Assembly (NCBI GenBank): GCA_049975265.1
Contig: JBNGDF010000004.1
Location: 101,117 to 165,116 of the forward strand
DNA length: 64,000 bases
Direction of reading: 5' to 3'
DNA from: Fidelibacterota bacterium
Lineage (GTDB): Bacteria > Fidelibacterota > UBA2242
Positions 27,096 through 36,522 of the stretch are shown here, one piece after another; within the stretch, counting starts at the first letter, position 1, and the number at the start of each line of letters is the position of its first letter. The position numbers and the translations under genes were made by a program. Below the pieces are notes generated by a model, which was not told the origin of the DNA, made no database searches, and saw only the letters and a list, made by a program, of their open reading frames with translations.

Positions 27096-29527
27096 ATGAA
27101 GCAATATTTCGTTATCATCGCTTTATTTTTCGCTACGATTGCCCAGGCAGAAGTCCCGGCACCGCAACTGGGAGGTATTCGGGGAGTCGTTATAGACAGT
27201 CATACAGAACAGCCGTTGCCGGGAGTCAATGTCTATATTCTGGATTCGGGAATCGGTACCGCCACCGACGCGGAAGGTCGTTTTGATTTGGAAAAGCTGG
27301 CGCCGGGCAGTTATCATGTCTGTTTCGAGATGATGGGTTACAAGCCGCAGACAAAGCTGAATTTACCGGTTAGTCCCGATCGCTATCTGGAGCTGACCAT
27401 CCGTTTGCAGCAGACGGTGTTGGAAATGCAGGATATTGTGGTGACGCCCGATTTTTTCAAGAAGGCGAAAGATGCGGTGATCAGCGACCGGTCGGTGGAT
27501 TTTACGGAGATCATCAGCGATCCCGGGAGTTCGATGGATGTGCAACGCATGATGCAGACCCTGCCGTCGGTGGTGTCGGGAACGGACCAGTACAACGAGG
27601 TGATCGTACGGGGCGGCGCACCAGGTGAAAATCTCTTTGTATTGGATCATATCGAGATTCCCAATCCCAATCACTTCGGCGATCAGGGTTCCGGCGGCGG
27701 ACCGATCGGGATGCTGAACCCCTGTTCATTAGTGAAGTGGATTTTTATGCGGGTTCATTTCCAGTACGTTACGGGGATAAAGCCAGTTCGGTGATGGATA
27801 TTCAGCTGCGCGAGGGGAATCGGGAGAAGAGGGAGTTGGAGATCGACATGGCGATGCACGGCATTGGTGCCATGGTGGAAGGACCCGTTCAGAATGGCAA
27901 GGGCTCTTATCTGTTTAGTTATCATAAAAGCTATCTTGATCTGATCATCGCCAGCACCGGTATGACAGCGGTTCCGAAATATTATAGTCTGCAGGGCAAG
28001 GTGATCTACGATCTGAATCAGAGACATAAATTGATCTGGAACGGGGTCTATGGAAATGATAAAATCAGTATCGAGGAAGATGCTTACACGGATATTTCAA
28101 ATATCTACCTCGTAGATGTCAAAGGTCATGAATATGCCACCGGCATTTCCTGGAAGGGGCTCTGGTCGCAGAATCTTTATTCGTTATTGACCCTGTACAA
28201 GGTGGAGAATTTCTGGTGGAACAGGGTGGCAACTGAAAAAAAGGGTCTGCTGAATTTCAAAGACGATACCGAATCCAATCTGGTGTTGAAAGGCGATCTG
28301 GTTTATCGGATTTCTCCGCGCAGCGAGATTACCACGGGATTCAGCATAAAAAATTTGGATTACAGCTATCATAACTGGAGCGACGCCGATACGGTTTTCG
28401 GGTATTACTACTATCTGGATGGCAGTTTGGTGCCGCAGGAGCTGACGGTTTGGCCTTATCCCGGCAGAGTGGACTCCTCCGTCGCGGTTGCTGAGCTGGA
28501 ATACTATGACGTCTGGGATGTTGATCGCAGGATCGAATCCCGTAAATTGGCTGCCCACTTTCAGTATAAATGGAATCCCTTTGCCCGGATCACTCTGGTC
28601 GGCGGATTGCGCTACGACTATTTTGACTTTACCGGATTTGCCAGCCTTGCGCCACGCCTGGGTTTGTCCTACCATTTTACCCCGGTGACCCGGCTGAATT
28701 TCGGCGTCGGACGCCACTATCAGTCGCCGGTGAATTATTACCTGGCGCTGAATCCACTCAATTCTAATTTGAAAAATAAGTATACCGATCAGGTGGTGTT
28801 GGGATTCGAGCACCTGTTCACGCGGGATATTCGGGCGACCATTGAGCTTTACAGCCGGCAATACAACGATATCCCGATTCCCATTGCCATGACCACCGCC
28901 GATTCGCTGGACCGTTCCGACAACGAATATGTCAATAACGGAAAGGGGCATGTCGAAGGCATTGAGCTGTTTCTCCAGAAAAAGCTCTATGATCGCTTCC
29001 ACTGGATTCTGAGCTACTCCTACTATGTCAGCAAACGGGAAGACCCGCGTTATCCCGGGAAGGAATATGTCAGCTCCTTTGATTTTCGGAATGTCTTTAC
29101 CTTTGTGCTCGGCTATAAAGAGGATTTACGGACGAGGTCCTGGTATCGGCGCATCAAAGACCAGCACTGGTACAAGTGGACCGCCTGGCTGCTGCCTTTT
29201 GCAGATGAGATCGAGATCAGCCTGCGCTGGCGCTATCTCGGCGGCAAGCCCTATACGCGGCAACAGTTTGATCCCTATACCCGTCGCTGGTACATTTCCG
29301 CCCGTCAGCCGTACAATACGGAACGGTTTCCGGACTATCATCGGCTCGATCTGATGCTAGGACGCCGTTTTATTTTTCAGAAGGTCAATCTGGTGGTTTT
29401 TCTGGATATTCAGAATGCCTATAACCGCGACAACATCTGGGACTACAGCTACACCAGTGACGGGAAAAAAGAGGTGATCTACCAATATAAACTGATGCCC
29501 GTGGGTGGTTTTACACTGGAACTGTGA
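27096..29527 (+). pseudogene. TonB-dependent receptor, split by a single-base frameshift
   Basis: Carboxypeptidase-regulatory-like domain + plug (VRGGAPGEN, NPNHF) in 27096-27794; barrel in 27737-29527; one extra C in the run at 27719-27722 restores MLNPLFISEVDFYAG. Confidence 0.85.
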
Positions 29528-29784
29528 TGACCGATTTGGAATTTGAAGAGCTCTGTATCCGCTGTGGAGGCTGCTGTGGCGCCTTCGATGGCGATCCCTG
29601 CGAGCATCTGCGGCGGGGTGACGACGGGCTCTGCTACTGTGCAATTTATGAAAATCGGTTCGGGTGGCACAAAACCGTCTGCGGGCGAAAGCTGGAGTGT
29701 GTGCCGATAATGGAACGATTACATGACGAGTGGATCGGCGATCACCTCTGCGCCTATAAGGGCAAATTTCTGAAAGAGGGATAA
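29527..29784 (+). CDS. YkgJ-like cysteine cluster protein
   Basis: CIRCGGCC...CEHL...CAIYENR. Confidence 0.7.
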   Translation: MTDLEFEELCIRCGGCCGAFDGDPCEHLRRGDDGLCYCAIYENRFGWHKTVCGRKLECVPIMERLHDEWIGDHLCAYKGKFLKEG

Positions 29785-29789
29785 ACAGA

Positions 29790-30866
29790 CTACATACCAC
29801 CCCGGAACAGCCGGGAGATGTCGTTGATAAAGACGATTGCCATCAGCATCAGGATAATCACCAGACCCACCTGCTGAATCCGCAGTTTGGCTTTAATGGA
29901 AAGCGGTTTGCGGATAACTGCTTCGGTGACCACGACAATCAGGTGACCGCCGTCGAAGGCGGGGATGGGCAGAATGTTGATCAGCGCCAGATTGACACTG
30001 ATGATCGCCATCAGACCGAGCAGTGAGGCGAGTCCCGATTTGGCGGATTCGCCCGCCAGCTGGGCAATGAAGATAGGACCGCCGATATTCTTCAGCGATT
30101 CCTCGCCGGTTACCAGCATTTTCAGCGAGATGACCGTTACCTTCAGCCAGTACCAGGTGTTTTCAAAGCCGCTGCCCAGCGCCTCAAAGAGACCAGCTTT
30201 GCGGTGTTCATATTGGGGGCTGATGCCGATCAGACCGACCTTGACGAGTTGCGAGTTTTTTAACACCATATTGGCGACGGTAGTCAGTTTTTCCTCGCGG
30301 ATTTGACCACTGTGCAGCCAGCGGACGCTGATTTCCTGGTCCGGTGCGGCGTGAATCAGTTCGGTCATCTCTTCCCAGTGGGATATTTCCACACCGTTGA
30401 CGGCGAGAATCCGGTCGCCGGGCTGAATACCAGCCTGGGCGGCGGGCATTTCGGGGATGACCTCGCTGACGACCGGCTCGGGATTGGGTTCATAGATTCC
30501 CGAATTAAATGTCAATGCCATGAAAATCATGACGGTGAAGAGCAGATTAAAGACCACTCCGCCGGTGATGTAGAGGATTTTCTGGTAGGTTTTTTTAGAT
30601 TCGTAGGTCCAGGGTTCGTTGGAATTGACCCCCTCAGTATCCATGCTCTCGTCGATGACGCCGGAGACCTTGACGTAGCCCCCCAGGGGAATGGCGGAGA
30701 TACAGTAATCGGTGTCGCCGATTTTTTTCCCGATCAGGCGCGGCGGAAAGCCGATGGAAAATCGCTCTACCCGCATCCCGGTGGCTTTGGCAAAAACAAA
30801 ATGCCCCAGTTCATGGATAAAGATAACGCCGCCGATTACCAGTAATACGGCTAGTATTGTAATCAT
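29790..30866 (-). CDS. rseP: RIP metalloprotease RseP
   Basis: HELGH, IPLGGYV, PDZ domain, NILPIPAFDGG. Confidence 0.95.
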   Translation of the reverse strand: MITILAVLLVIGGVIFIHELGHFVFAKATGMRVERFSIGFPPRLIGKKIGDTDYCISAIPLGGYVKVSGVIDESMDTEGVNSNEPWTYESKKTYQKILYITGGVVFNLLFTVMIFMALTFNSGIYEPNPEPVVSEVIPEMPAAQAGIQPGDRILAVNGVEISHWEEMTELIHAAPDQEISVRWLHSGQIREEKLTTVANMVLKNSQLVKVGLIGISPQYEHRKAGLFEALGSGFENTWYWLKVTVISLKMLVTGEESLKNIGGPIFIAQLAGESAKSGLASLLGLMAIISVNLALINILPIPAFDGGHLIVVVTEAVIRKPLSIKAKLRIQQVGLVIILMLMAIVFINDISRLFRGGM

Positions 30867-32044
30867 GTCGGATTGATTCCTTTCGTCTGTTTGAGTTCCG
30901 AAACGTACCTTTCTACAAATTTGCGGCTGCTTTGTTCCGCTGTCAGAATATCCGGCAGGGCGGGATTGTCGACAATGGATAGCGTTGCCAGAGCCTTTTC
31001 CACCAGCGCCGGGATATCGGGGAAGGTAATTTGCTTTTCCAGGAAGGCGTAGACGGCAAATTCGTTGACGACGTTAAGGATCGCCGGGGCGGTTCCGCCG
31101 CGCTGCAACGCTTCCCGCGCCAGCCTCAGGGCTGGAAATTTTTTCACATCCGGTGCTTCGAAGGTCAGAGTTCCGATTTCAGCGAGGTCTGTATTTTCCC
31201 AGGAGACCGGAAACCGGTCAGGATAACTGAGAGCGTACTGAATGGGCAGTTTCATATCGGGCAAGCCCAGCTGTGCCTTGATGGAACCGTCGATGAATTC
31301 CACCATGGAGTGAATGATGGATTGGGGGTGGATGACCACCTCGATTTTATCGGGAGGGACAAGGAAAAGCCAGTGAGCTTCGATGATTTCGAGTCCCTTG
31401 TTCATCATGGTGGCGGAGTCAACGGTTATTTTGCGTCCCATATTCCAGGTGGGGTGGCGGAGTGCCTGTTCCGGTGTGATTTTCATAAATTGTTCTATTG
31501 GTAACGTTCGAAAAGGACCGCCTGAGCCGGTGAGAATCAGTTTTCGGATGTTATTTGGACTCTCTCCGATCAAGCACTGCCAGATGGCGCTGTGTTCGCT
31601 GTCAATGGGGAATAGGCGCAGTTTTTTTTCCGCCAGCAGCCGGTTAATGACCTCGCCCGCCATGACCAGCGACTCCTTATTGGAGAGTGCCAGGTCTTTG
31701 CCGGCGTTCAGTGCCCGAATACTGGGCTCCAGACCGGCGGTACCCACAATGGCGTTCAGAACCAGGTCGACGTCGGTCCGGGAGGCGAGTTCGAGAATGC
31801 CCGCCTTGCCGGACAGGACCGCAATGCCCTGCGGTTTCAGTGCCTGTTCGAGCATTGTGGTTTTGGTATTGTCGGCGATGGCGACCGCCGCGGGTTTCAG
31901 TTTCAGCGCCTGCTCGGTGAGCAAATCCGCATTTCTGCCGGCGCTCAGGTATTGCACCCGGTAGCGCCCGGGATTGGCGCCGATGACTTTCAGGGCGTTG
32001 ACGCCGATGCTGCCGGTTGATCCGAGAATAGAGATTCGTTTCAT
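30863..32044 (-). CDS. dxr: 1-deoxy-D-xylulose 5-phosphate reductoisomerase
   Basis: LGSTGSIG, NKESLV, PIDSEH, HPTWNMG, KITVDSATMMNKGLE. Confidence 0.97.
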   Translation of the reverse strand: MKRISILGSTGSIGVNALKVIGANPGRYRVQYLSAGRNADLLTEQALKLKPAAVAIADNTKTTMLEQALKPQGIAVLSGKAGILELASRTDVDLVLNAIVGTAGLEPSIRALNAGKDLALSNKESLVMAGEVINRLLAEKKLRLFPIDSEHSAIWQCLIGESPNNIRKLILTGSGGPFRTLPIEQFMKITPEQALRHPTWNMGRKITVDSATMMNKGLEIIEAHWLFLVPPDKIEVVIHPQSIIHSMVEFIDGSIKAQLGLPDMKLPIQYALSYPDRFPVSWENTDLAEIGTLTFEAPDVKKFPALRLAREALQRGGTAPAILNVVNEFAVYAFLEKQITFPDIPALVEKALATLSIVDNPALPDILTAEQSSRKFVERYVSELKQTKGINPT

Positions 32045-32049
32045 AAGTG

Positions 32050-32766
32050 CTACAGTGTCAGGATAAAATTCATGGTCGTGACCATATTATCCGGTTTAAT
32101 GAATGATTCCACGCCGATTGCGACATTTTTCCAGAGTATGCGATAGGCGCCAAGCCGGGCAAACGCGATGTTAAAATCGGTGGTCATCCTATAGTTTTGA
32201 TTCACATCGGCATGATCTGTTACATGGAGAACGGTTTTCAGAAAATGGGCGGTCAGTCCGTAGCCCCAATGCCACTTGGCATTCCGGTGAATACGGGAAA
32301 CGTCCAGAGCGACATCGGTCAGATGAAAATCGTCGGGACCCTTGAGATTGTGAAAGTGGAAGCCGATGAGGGTGGATTTTACCGGTGTTCCCGCAGAGTA
32401 AACGATGAATGGTCCCAGGGTATGCAGATTGTCATTTTTCCAGTATATACCTATAAAGTGGGCACCAATGGTTAAATTGGGAGAGACCGATGTGGAGAGC
32501 CAAAAATTGGGGTATCCGCTGTCCAACGATTGAAAGTCAGGAACCGCGGCGGTGAGCAGAGTGGCGCCGGCGCCCAGCCAGGGATTGTCGTCGGCAGTCA
32601 GAAAGAGCAGTGGCGGCGTCTGAGCGGCGCTAATGATGTCCAGAACCGGTTGCAGATGTTGCCGGGCTTCCCTTTTGGCGACACCGGTCAGGTCCAGACT
32701 GGCTGGCAACAGACCTGTTCCTAATAGCAGAAGTGTAATGGTGATACGGGCGGTAATGCTTTGCAA
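32050..32766 (-). CDS. Hypothetical exported protein, possible beta-barrel
   Basis: Signal peptide, amphipathic beta-like segments; embedded in the lpx/dxr operon. Confidence 0.6.
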   Translation of the reverse strand: MQSITARITITLLLLGTGLLPASLDLTGVAKREARQHLQPVLDIISAAQTPPLLFLTADDNPWLGAGATLLTAAVPDFQSLDSGYPNFWLSTSVSPNLTIGAHFIGIYWKNDNLHTLGPFIVYSAGTPVKSTLIGFHFHNLKGPDDFHLTDVALDVSRIHRNAKWHWGYGLTAHFLKTVLHVTDHADVNQNYRMTTDFNIAFARLGAYRILWKNVAIGVESFIKPDNMVTTMNFILTL

Positions 32767-32779
32767 CGGCTTGTCGGAT

Positions 32780-33556
32780 TTAGCGGATAATGCCCCGGTC
32801 GCTGTTTTTGATGAACTCCAGCAGGGCGTCCACTTCGGGTGTTATTTCCAGCTCTTCCCGGATTTTCTGGACCGCATCGGAGACATTGTATTGTGATGAA
32901 TAAATATATTGAAAGGCTTCTTTCAGATTTTTGATACTCTTTTTTTCAAAACCACGCCGGCGCAGCCCGATGATATTAAGCCCCTCGAATCGCAATGGCT
33001 CACCGGCGGCGATAATGAAAGGCGGTACATCTTTGGTGACCCGGTAGTGTCCACCCACCAGGCTGTGCTGACCGATTTTGGTAAACTGATGAATCCCTAC
33101 CATACCGCCCAGAATCGCCCAGTCCTGAATTTCCACATGTCCGGCGATATTACAGGCGTTGGCAATGACGACGTTGTTGCCCACGGTACAATCATGCGCG
33201 ATATGAACGTACGCCATGATGAGGCAGTCGGAACCGACGACGGTTTTCCAGTGCGCCTGGGTGCCGCGGTTGATGGTCACGAATTCCCGGATTACGGTGC
33301 GATCGCCGATTTCGATGGTGGTCTCTTCGCCGCCGAACTTCAGGTCCTGCGGAACTTCGCCCAGGACGGCGTGATGTAAAATCTGACAGTCGTTGCCGAT
33401 ATGACTGCCGGGGCTCAGCACGACGTGCGAACCGATCGTACAGCCGTTACCGATGCTGACATTTTCCCGAATCCAGGAATAGGGACCGATGGTCACATCT
33501 TCTCCGATGATGACGTTGTCTTCGATTAAGGTGGTTGGATGAATCGAACCGGACAT
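32780..33556 (-). CDS. lpxA: UDP-N-acetylglucosamine acyltransferase
   Basis: Hexapeptide repeats, PQDLKF, HIAHDC, HQF, KDVPPF. Confidence 0.96.
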   Translation of the reverse strand: MSGSIHPTTLIEDNVIIGEDVTIGPYSWIRENVSIGNGCTIGSHVVLSPGSHIGNDCQILHHAVLGEVPQDLKFGGEETTIEIGDRTVIREFVTINRGTQAHWKTVVGSDCLIMAYVHIAHDCTVGNNVVIANACNIAGHVEIQDWAILGGMVGIHQFTKIGQHSLVGGHYRVTKDVPPFIIAAGEPLRFEGLNIIGLRRRGFEKKSIKNLKEAFQYIYSSQYNVSDAVQKIREELEITPEVDALLEFIKNSDRGIIR

Positions 33557-33557
33557 G

Positions 33558-34955
33558 TTACGCATCCACTACCGACGCCATCATTTCCGCCTCCACCGCG
33601 ATTTCGTCATTGACGAGGGCAGTGGTTTTCATTTTACAGACAGAAAGTCTGAACTGAATCAATTTGATCTGTAAACGAATTTGATCACCGGGGATAATCT
33701 GTCTACGCCAGCGGACATTGTCCAGTCCGGTAAAGAGGACGAGTTTATGCTGGGGATTTTCGATGGTATTCAGCAGCAACAATCCGCCCGCCTGTGCCAG
33801 AGATTCCAGGACCATGACACCCGGCATCACTTTCCGGTTCGGGAAATGTCCGGTGAAATAGGGTTCGTTGATGGTGACATTCTTGATGGCGGTGACGGAT
33901 TCACCGGGGACCATATCCAGGACCCGATCAACCATCAGAAAGGGGTAGCGATGGGGCAGAATCCGTTCGATGCCCTGAATATCGAAAAGTGCTCCCGAGA
34001 TTTTGGTTTTCTGAAATTTATCACGAATCAGGAGTTTTTCGTATTCTTTGCGAATTTTTTTAACCAGATTGACGTTGTGACTGTGACCGCTGCGGGCGGC
34101 GATCACATGCCCCTGAATCGGAACGCCGAGTAGGGCAAAATCGCCAATCAGGTCGAGAATCTTATGACGGACGGCTTCGTTGTAGTAGCGTAGTTCGACG
34201 CCGTTCAAGGTACCTCGCTCACCGAGCACGATATCGCTGTCGATATGGAACATTTTTTTCAGGCGGTCGATTTCATCTTTTTCGATTTTCCGGTCGATGA
34301 AGACAACGGCGTTATTGACACTGCCTCCTTTGATCAGCCCCATATTTTTCAGATGTTCCACCTCGCTCAGGGTGCAGAAGGTCCGGGCGGAAGCGTAGTC
34401 GGTTTCGAATTCGTCCGCCAGGGAGTAGAGTGCCGAGTATTGGGTTCCGATCGACGGAATCGGATAATCGATCATAAAGGTGACCCGGAAACTGTCCGCC
34501 GGCAGGACATGCACATCCACACCGTTTTTGGGATCGGTGTATTGAATGATTTTCTCAATAACCAGCACATCCTGGGGGACGGATTGTTCGACGATTTCCG
34601 CCTTTTTCAATGCCTTGACAAATTCAATGGAACTGCCGTCGCAAACCGGAGGCTCGATGTTGTTTACTTCGATGAAAATATTGTCGATTTCGAGACCGGC
34701 GACCGCCGCCAGAACATGTTCAACGGTATGAATCTGGACGCCGTTCTGAGCGATGGTTGTACCCCGGGAAATATCGATGACGTGATTGATATCCGCCAGG
34801 ATTTCGGGGCTGTTTTCTACATCGCTGCGAATAAAGCGGATGCCGGAATTTTCCGGCGCCGGTTTAAAGGTAATGGTGCTTTTGACGCCGGTATGCAATC
34901 CGACGCCGAACACCGCTACTTCGTTTTTAATGGTGCGTTGGTTTCTGGGCATCAT
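33558..34955 (-). CDS. lpxC: Bifunctional LpxC/FabZ
   Basis: GVGLHTG, TVEH, DGS, HKILDLIGD; FabZ part LPHRYPFLMVD, GHFP..VMPGV. Confidence 0.96.
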   Translation of the reverse strand: MMPRNQRTIKNEVAVFGVGLHTGVKSTITFKPAPENSGIRFIRSDVENSPEILADINHVIDISRGTTIAQNGVQIHTVEHVLAAVAGLEIDNIFIEVNNIEPPVCDGSSIEFVKALKKAEIVEQSVPQDVLVIEKIIQYTDPKNGVDVHVLPADSFRVTFMIDYPIPSIGTQYSALYSLADEFETDYASARTFCTLSEVEHLKNMGLIKGGSVNNAVVFIDRKIEKDEIDRLKKMFHIDSDIVLGERGTLNGVELRYYNEAVRHKILDLIGDFALLGVPIQGHVIAARSGHSHNVNLVKKIRKEYEKLLIRDKFQKTKISGALFDIQGIERILPHRYPFLMVDRVLDMVPGESVTAIKNVTINEPYFTGHFPNRKVMPGVMVLESLAQAGGLLLLNTIENPQHKLVLFTGLDNVRWRRQIIPGDQIRLQIKLIQFRLSVCKMKTTALVNDEIAVEAEMMASVVDA

Positions 34956-35982
34956 GATTCCTTTTCTTCAGTAAATCTATGTCGTTTTCCATCTGTTTAA
35001 TCCGGGCTTTGAGGTCCGGAAGAGAGCGGATATGGGCGATTTCGCGCCGGGCTTTGCTCTGCTCCTGAGCGGGATAGCCGAACATAATTGTATTGGGCGG
35101 CACATCCTTGGAGATGCCGGACTGGGCGGCGATTATGGCGCCGTCTCCGACGTGCAGATGACCGGCAATGCCAACCTGAGCGGCGATGGTCACGTAATTG
35201 CCAATCCAGGTACTGCCGGCAATTCCACTCATAGCGGCGATAAAGCAGTATTCGCCGATTTTAACATTGTGGGCGATTTGGATCAAATTATCCAGTTTCG
35301 TGCCTTTGCCAATGACCGTATTCGCCAGGGTTCCGCGGTCGATGGAGCTGTTCGAGCCGATTTCCACGTCGTCGCCGATCTCGACGCCGCCCTCCTGGGG
35401 AATCTTCGAAATCCCCTCAGCGGTGCGCACGAAACCGAAACCGTCGCTGCCGATGACGGTTCCCGCGTGAATGCGGACGTTCTTCCCGATTTTGCAGCGA
35501 TGGTAGATACTGACATTGGGAAAGATCAGGGTGTTGTCACCGATTTCCGTAAACCGACCGACGTAGTTATTGCCCAGCAGGGTGACGTGATTTCCGATGT
35601 TGCAATTGGATTTGATAATCACATTGGGTCCGATATGACAGCCCTCGCCGAGCTGGACCGAATCGGCGATGTCGGCAGAGGAGGCGATGCCCGGTTCCGG
35701 CAGGGGGAGTGGTGGTCGGAATTTCGGGATAAGCCGGGAAAAAGCCAGGTAGGGATCGGCGACCCGGATCAGGTTCTGAAAATGACCATGAAAATCTCTG
35801 TCCACCAGGATCGCCGTTGCCCGGGTTTCGGGAACATATTTGGCATATTTTGGATTGGATAAAAATGTCAGTTGCCCTGCCTCGGCATGTTGAATTTCCG
35901 CCAGGTCGTTGACGACACTGTCGGGATTTCCCTCAACCGTACCATTGACGAGTTGGGCAATTTGAGCGAGCGTGTATGTCAT
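34927..35982 (-). CDS. lpxD: UDP-3-O-acylglucosamine N-acyltransferase
   Basis: TFLSNPKY, GSDGFG, IDRG, KLDNLIQIAHNV. Confidence 0.96.
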   Translation of the reverse strand: MTYTLAQIAQLVNGTVEGNPDSVVNDLAEIQHAEAGQLTFLSNPKYAKYVPETRATAILVDRDFHGHFQNLIRVADPYLAFSRLIPKFRPPLPLPEPGIASSADIADSVQLGEGCHIGPNVIIKSNCNIGNHVTLLGNNYVGRFTEIGDNTLIFPNVSIYHRCKIGKNVRIHAGTVIGSDGFGFVRTAEGISKIPQEGGVEIGDDVEIGSNSSIDRGTLANTVIGKGTKLDNLIQIAHNVKIGEYCFIAAMSGIAGSTWIGNYVTIAAQVGIAGHLHVGDGAIIAAQSGISKDVPPNTIMFGYPAQEQSKARREIAHIRSLPDLKARIKQMENDIDLLKKRNHDAQKPTHH

Positions 35983-36507
35983 TTAGTTGCTGCGTTTCAG
36001 CTCATAGAGGACTTTATCTGTGAGATCGTGCACCGGCTCCGCATAAAGGATATTTCCGGCGACGGTATCGAAAATGTAATCGTATTTATTCTCTTTGCCG
36101 ACCTTTTCGATGACGGCTTTGATCTTTTCGAGAACCGGACCGACCAGCTCTGCCTGTTTCTGATAAATTTCGCCTTCCGGTCCCATCTTTTCGATCTGGT
36201 AGCGCTGAATGGTCTGCTGCAGCTGGGAGATCTCATTTTCTTTGGTCTGGCGCCGGGTTTCACTCATAATCATTTTTTGACGTTCGAAATCGCGGCTGAG
36301 GCTGTCCAGCTGATTCAGGAGACTGCGGTATTCGTCTTCCAGCTTTTTAGCTTCCACGTCCAGCTTCCGCTGAGCCTCTTTGGCTTCGTCAAATTCAGCC
36401 AGAATGCGGTCGGAATTGACGTATCCGATTTTTACCTCCTGAGCCGGCAGGTCTATTGCACCTATTGCAACCAGGAGACCGATCATTAACATTGTCATTC
36501 TTTTCAC
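35983..36507 (-). CDS. skp: OmpH/Skp periplasmic chaperone
   Basis: KIGYVNS, coiled coil, YDYIFD, DLTDKVL; GTG start after GGAGG. Confidence 0.9.
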   Translation of the reverse strand: MKRMTMLMIGLLVAIGAIDLPAQEVKIGYVNSDRILAEFDEAKEAQRKLDVEAKKLEDEYRSLLNQLDSLSRDFERQKMIMSETRRQTKENEISQLQQTIQRYQIEKMGPEGEIYQKQAELVGPVLEKIKAVIEKVGKENKYDYIFDTVAGNILYAEPVHDLTDKVLYELKRSN

Positions 36508-36522
36508 TGTTTCCTCCACATG

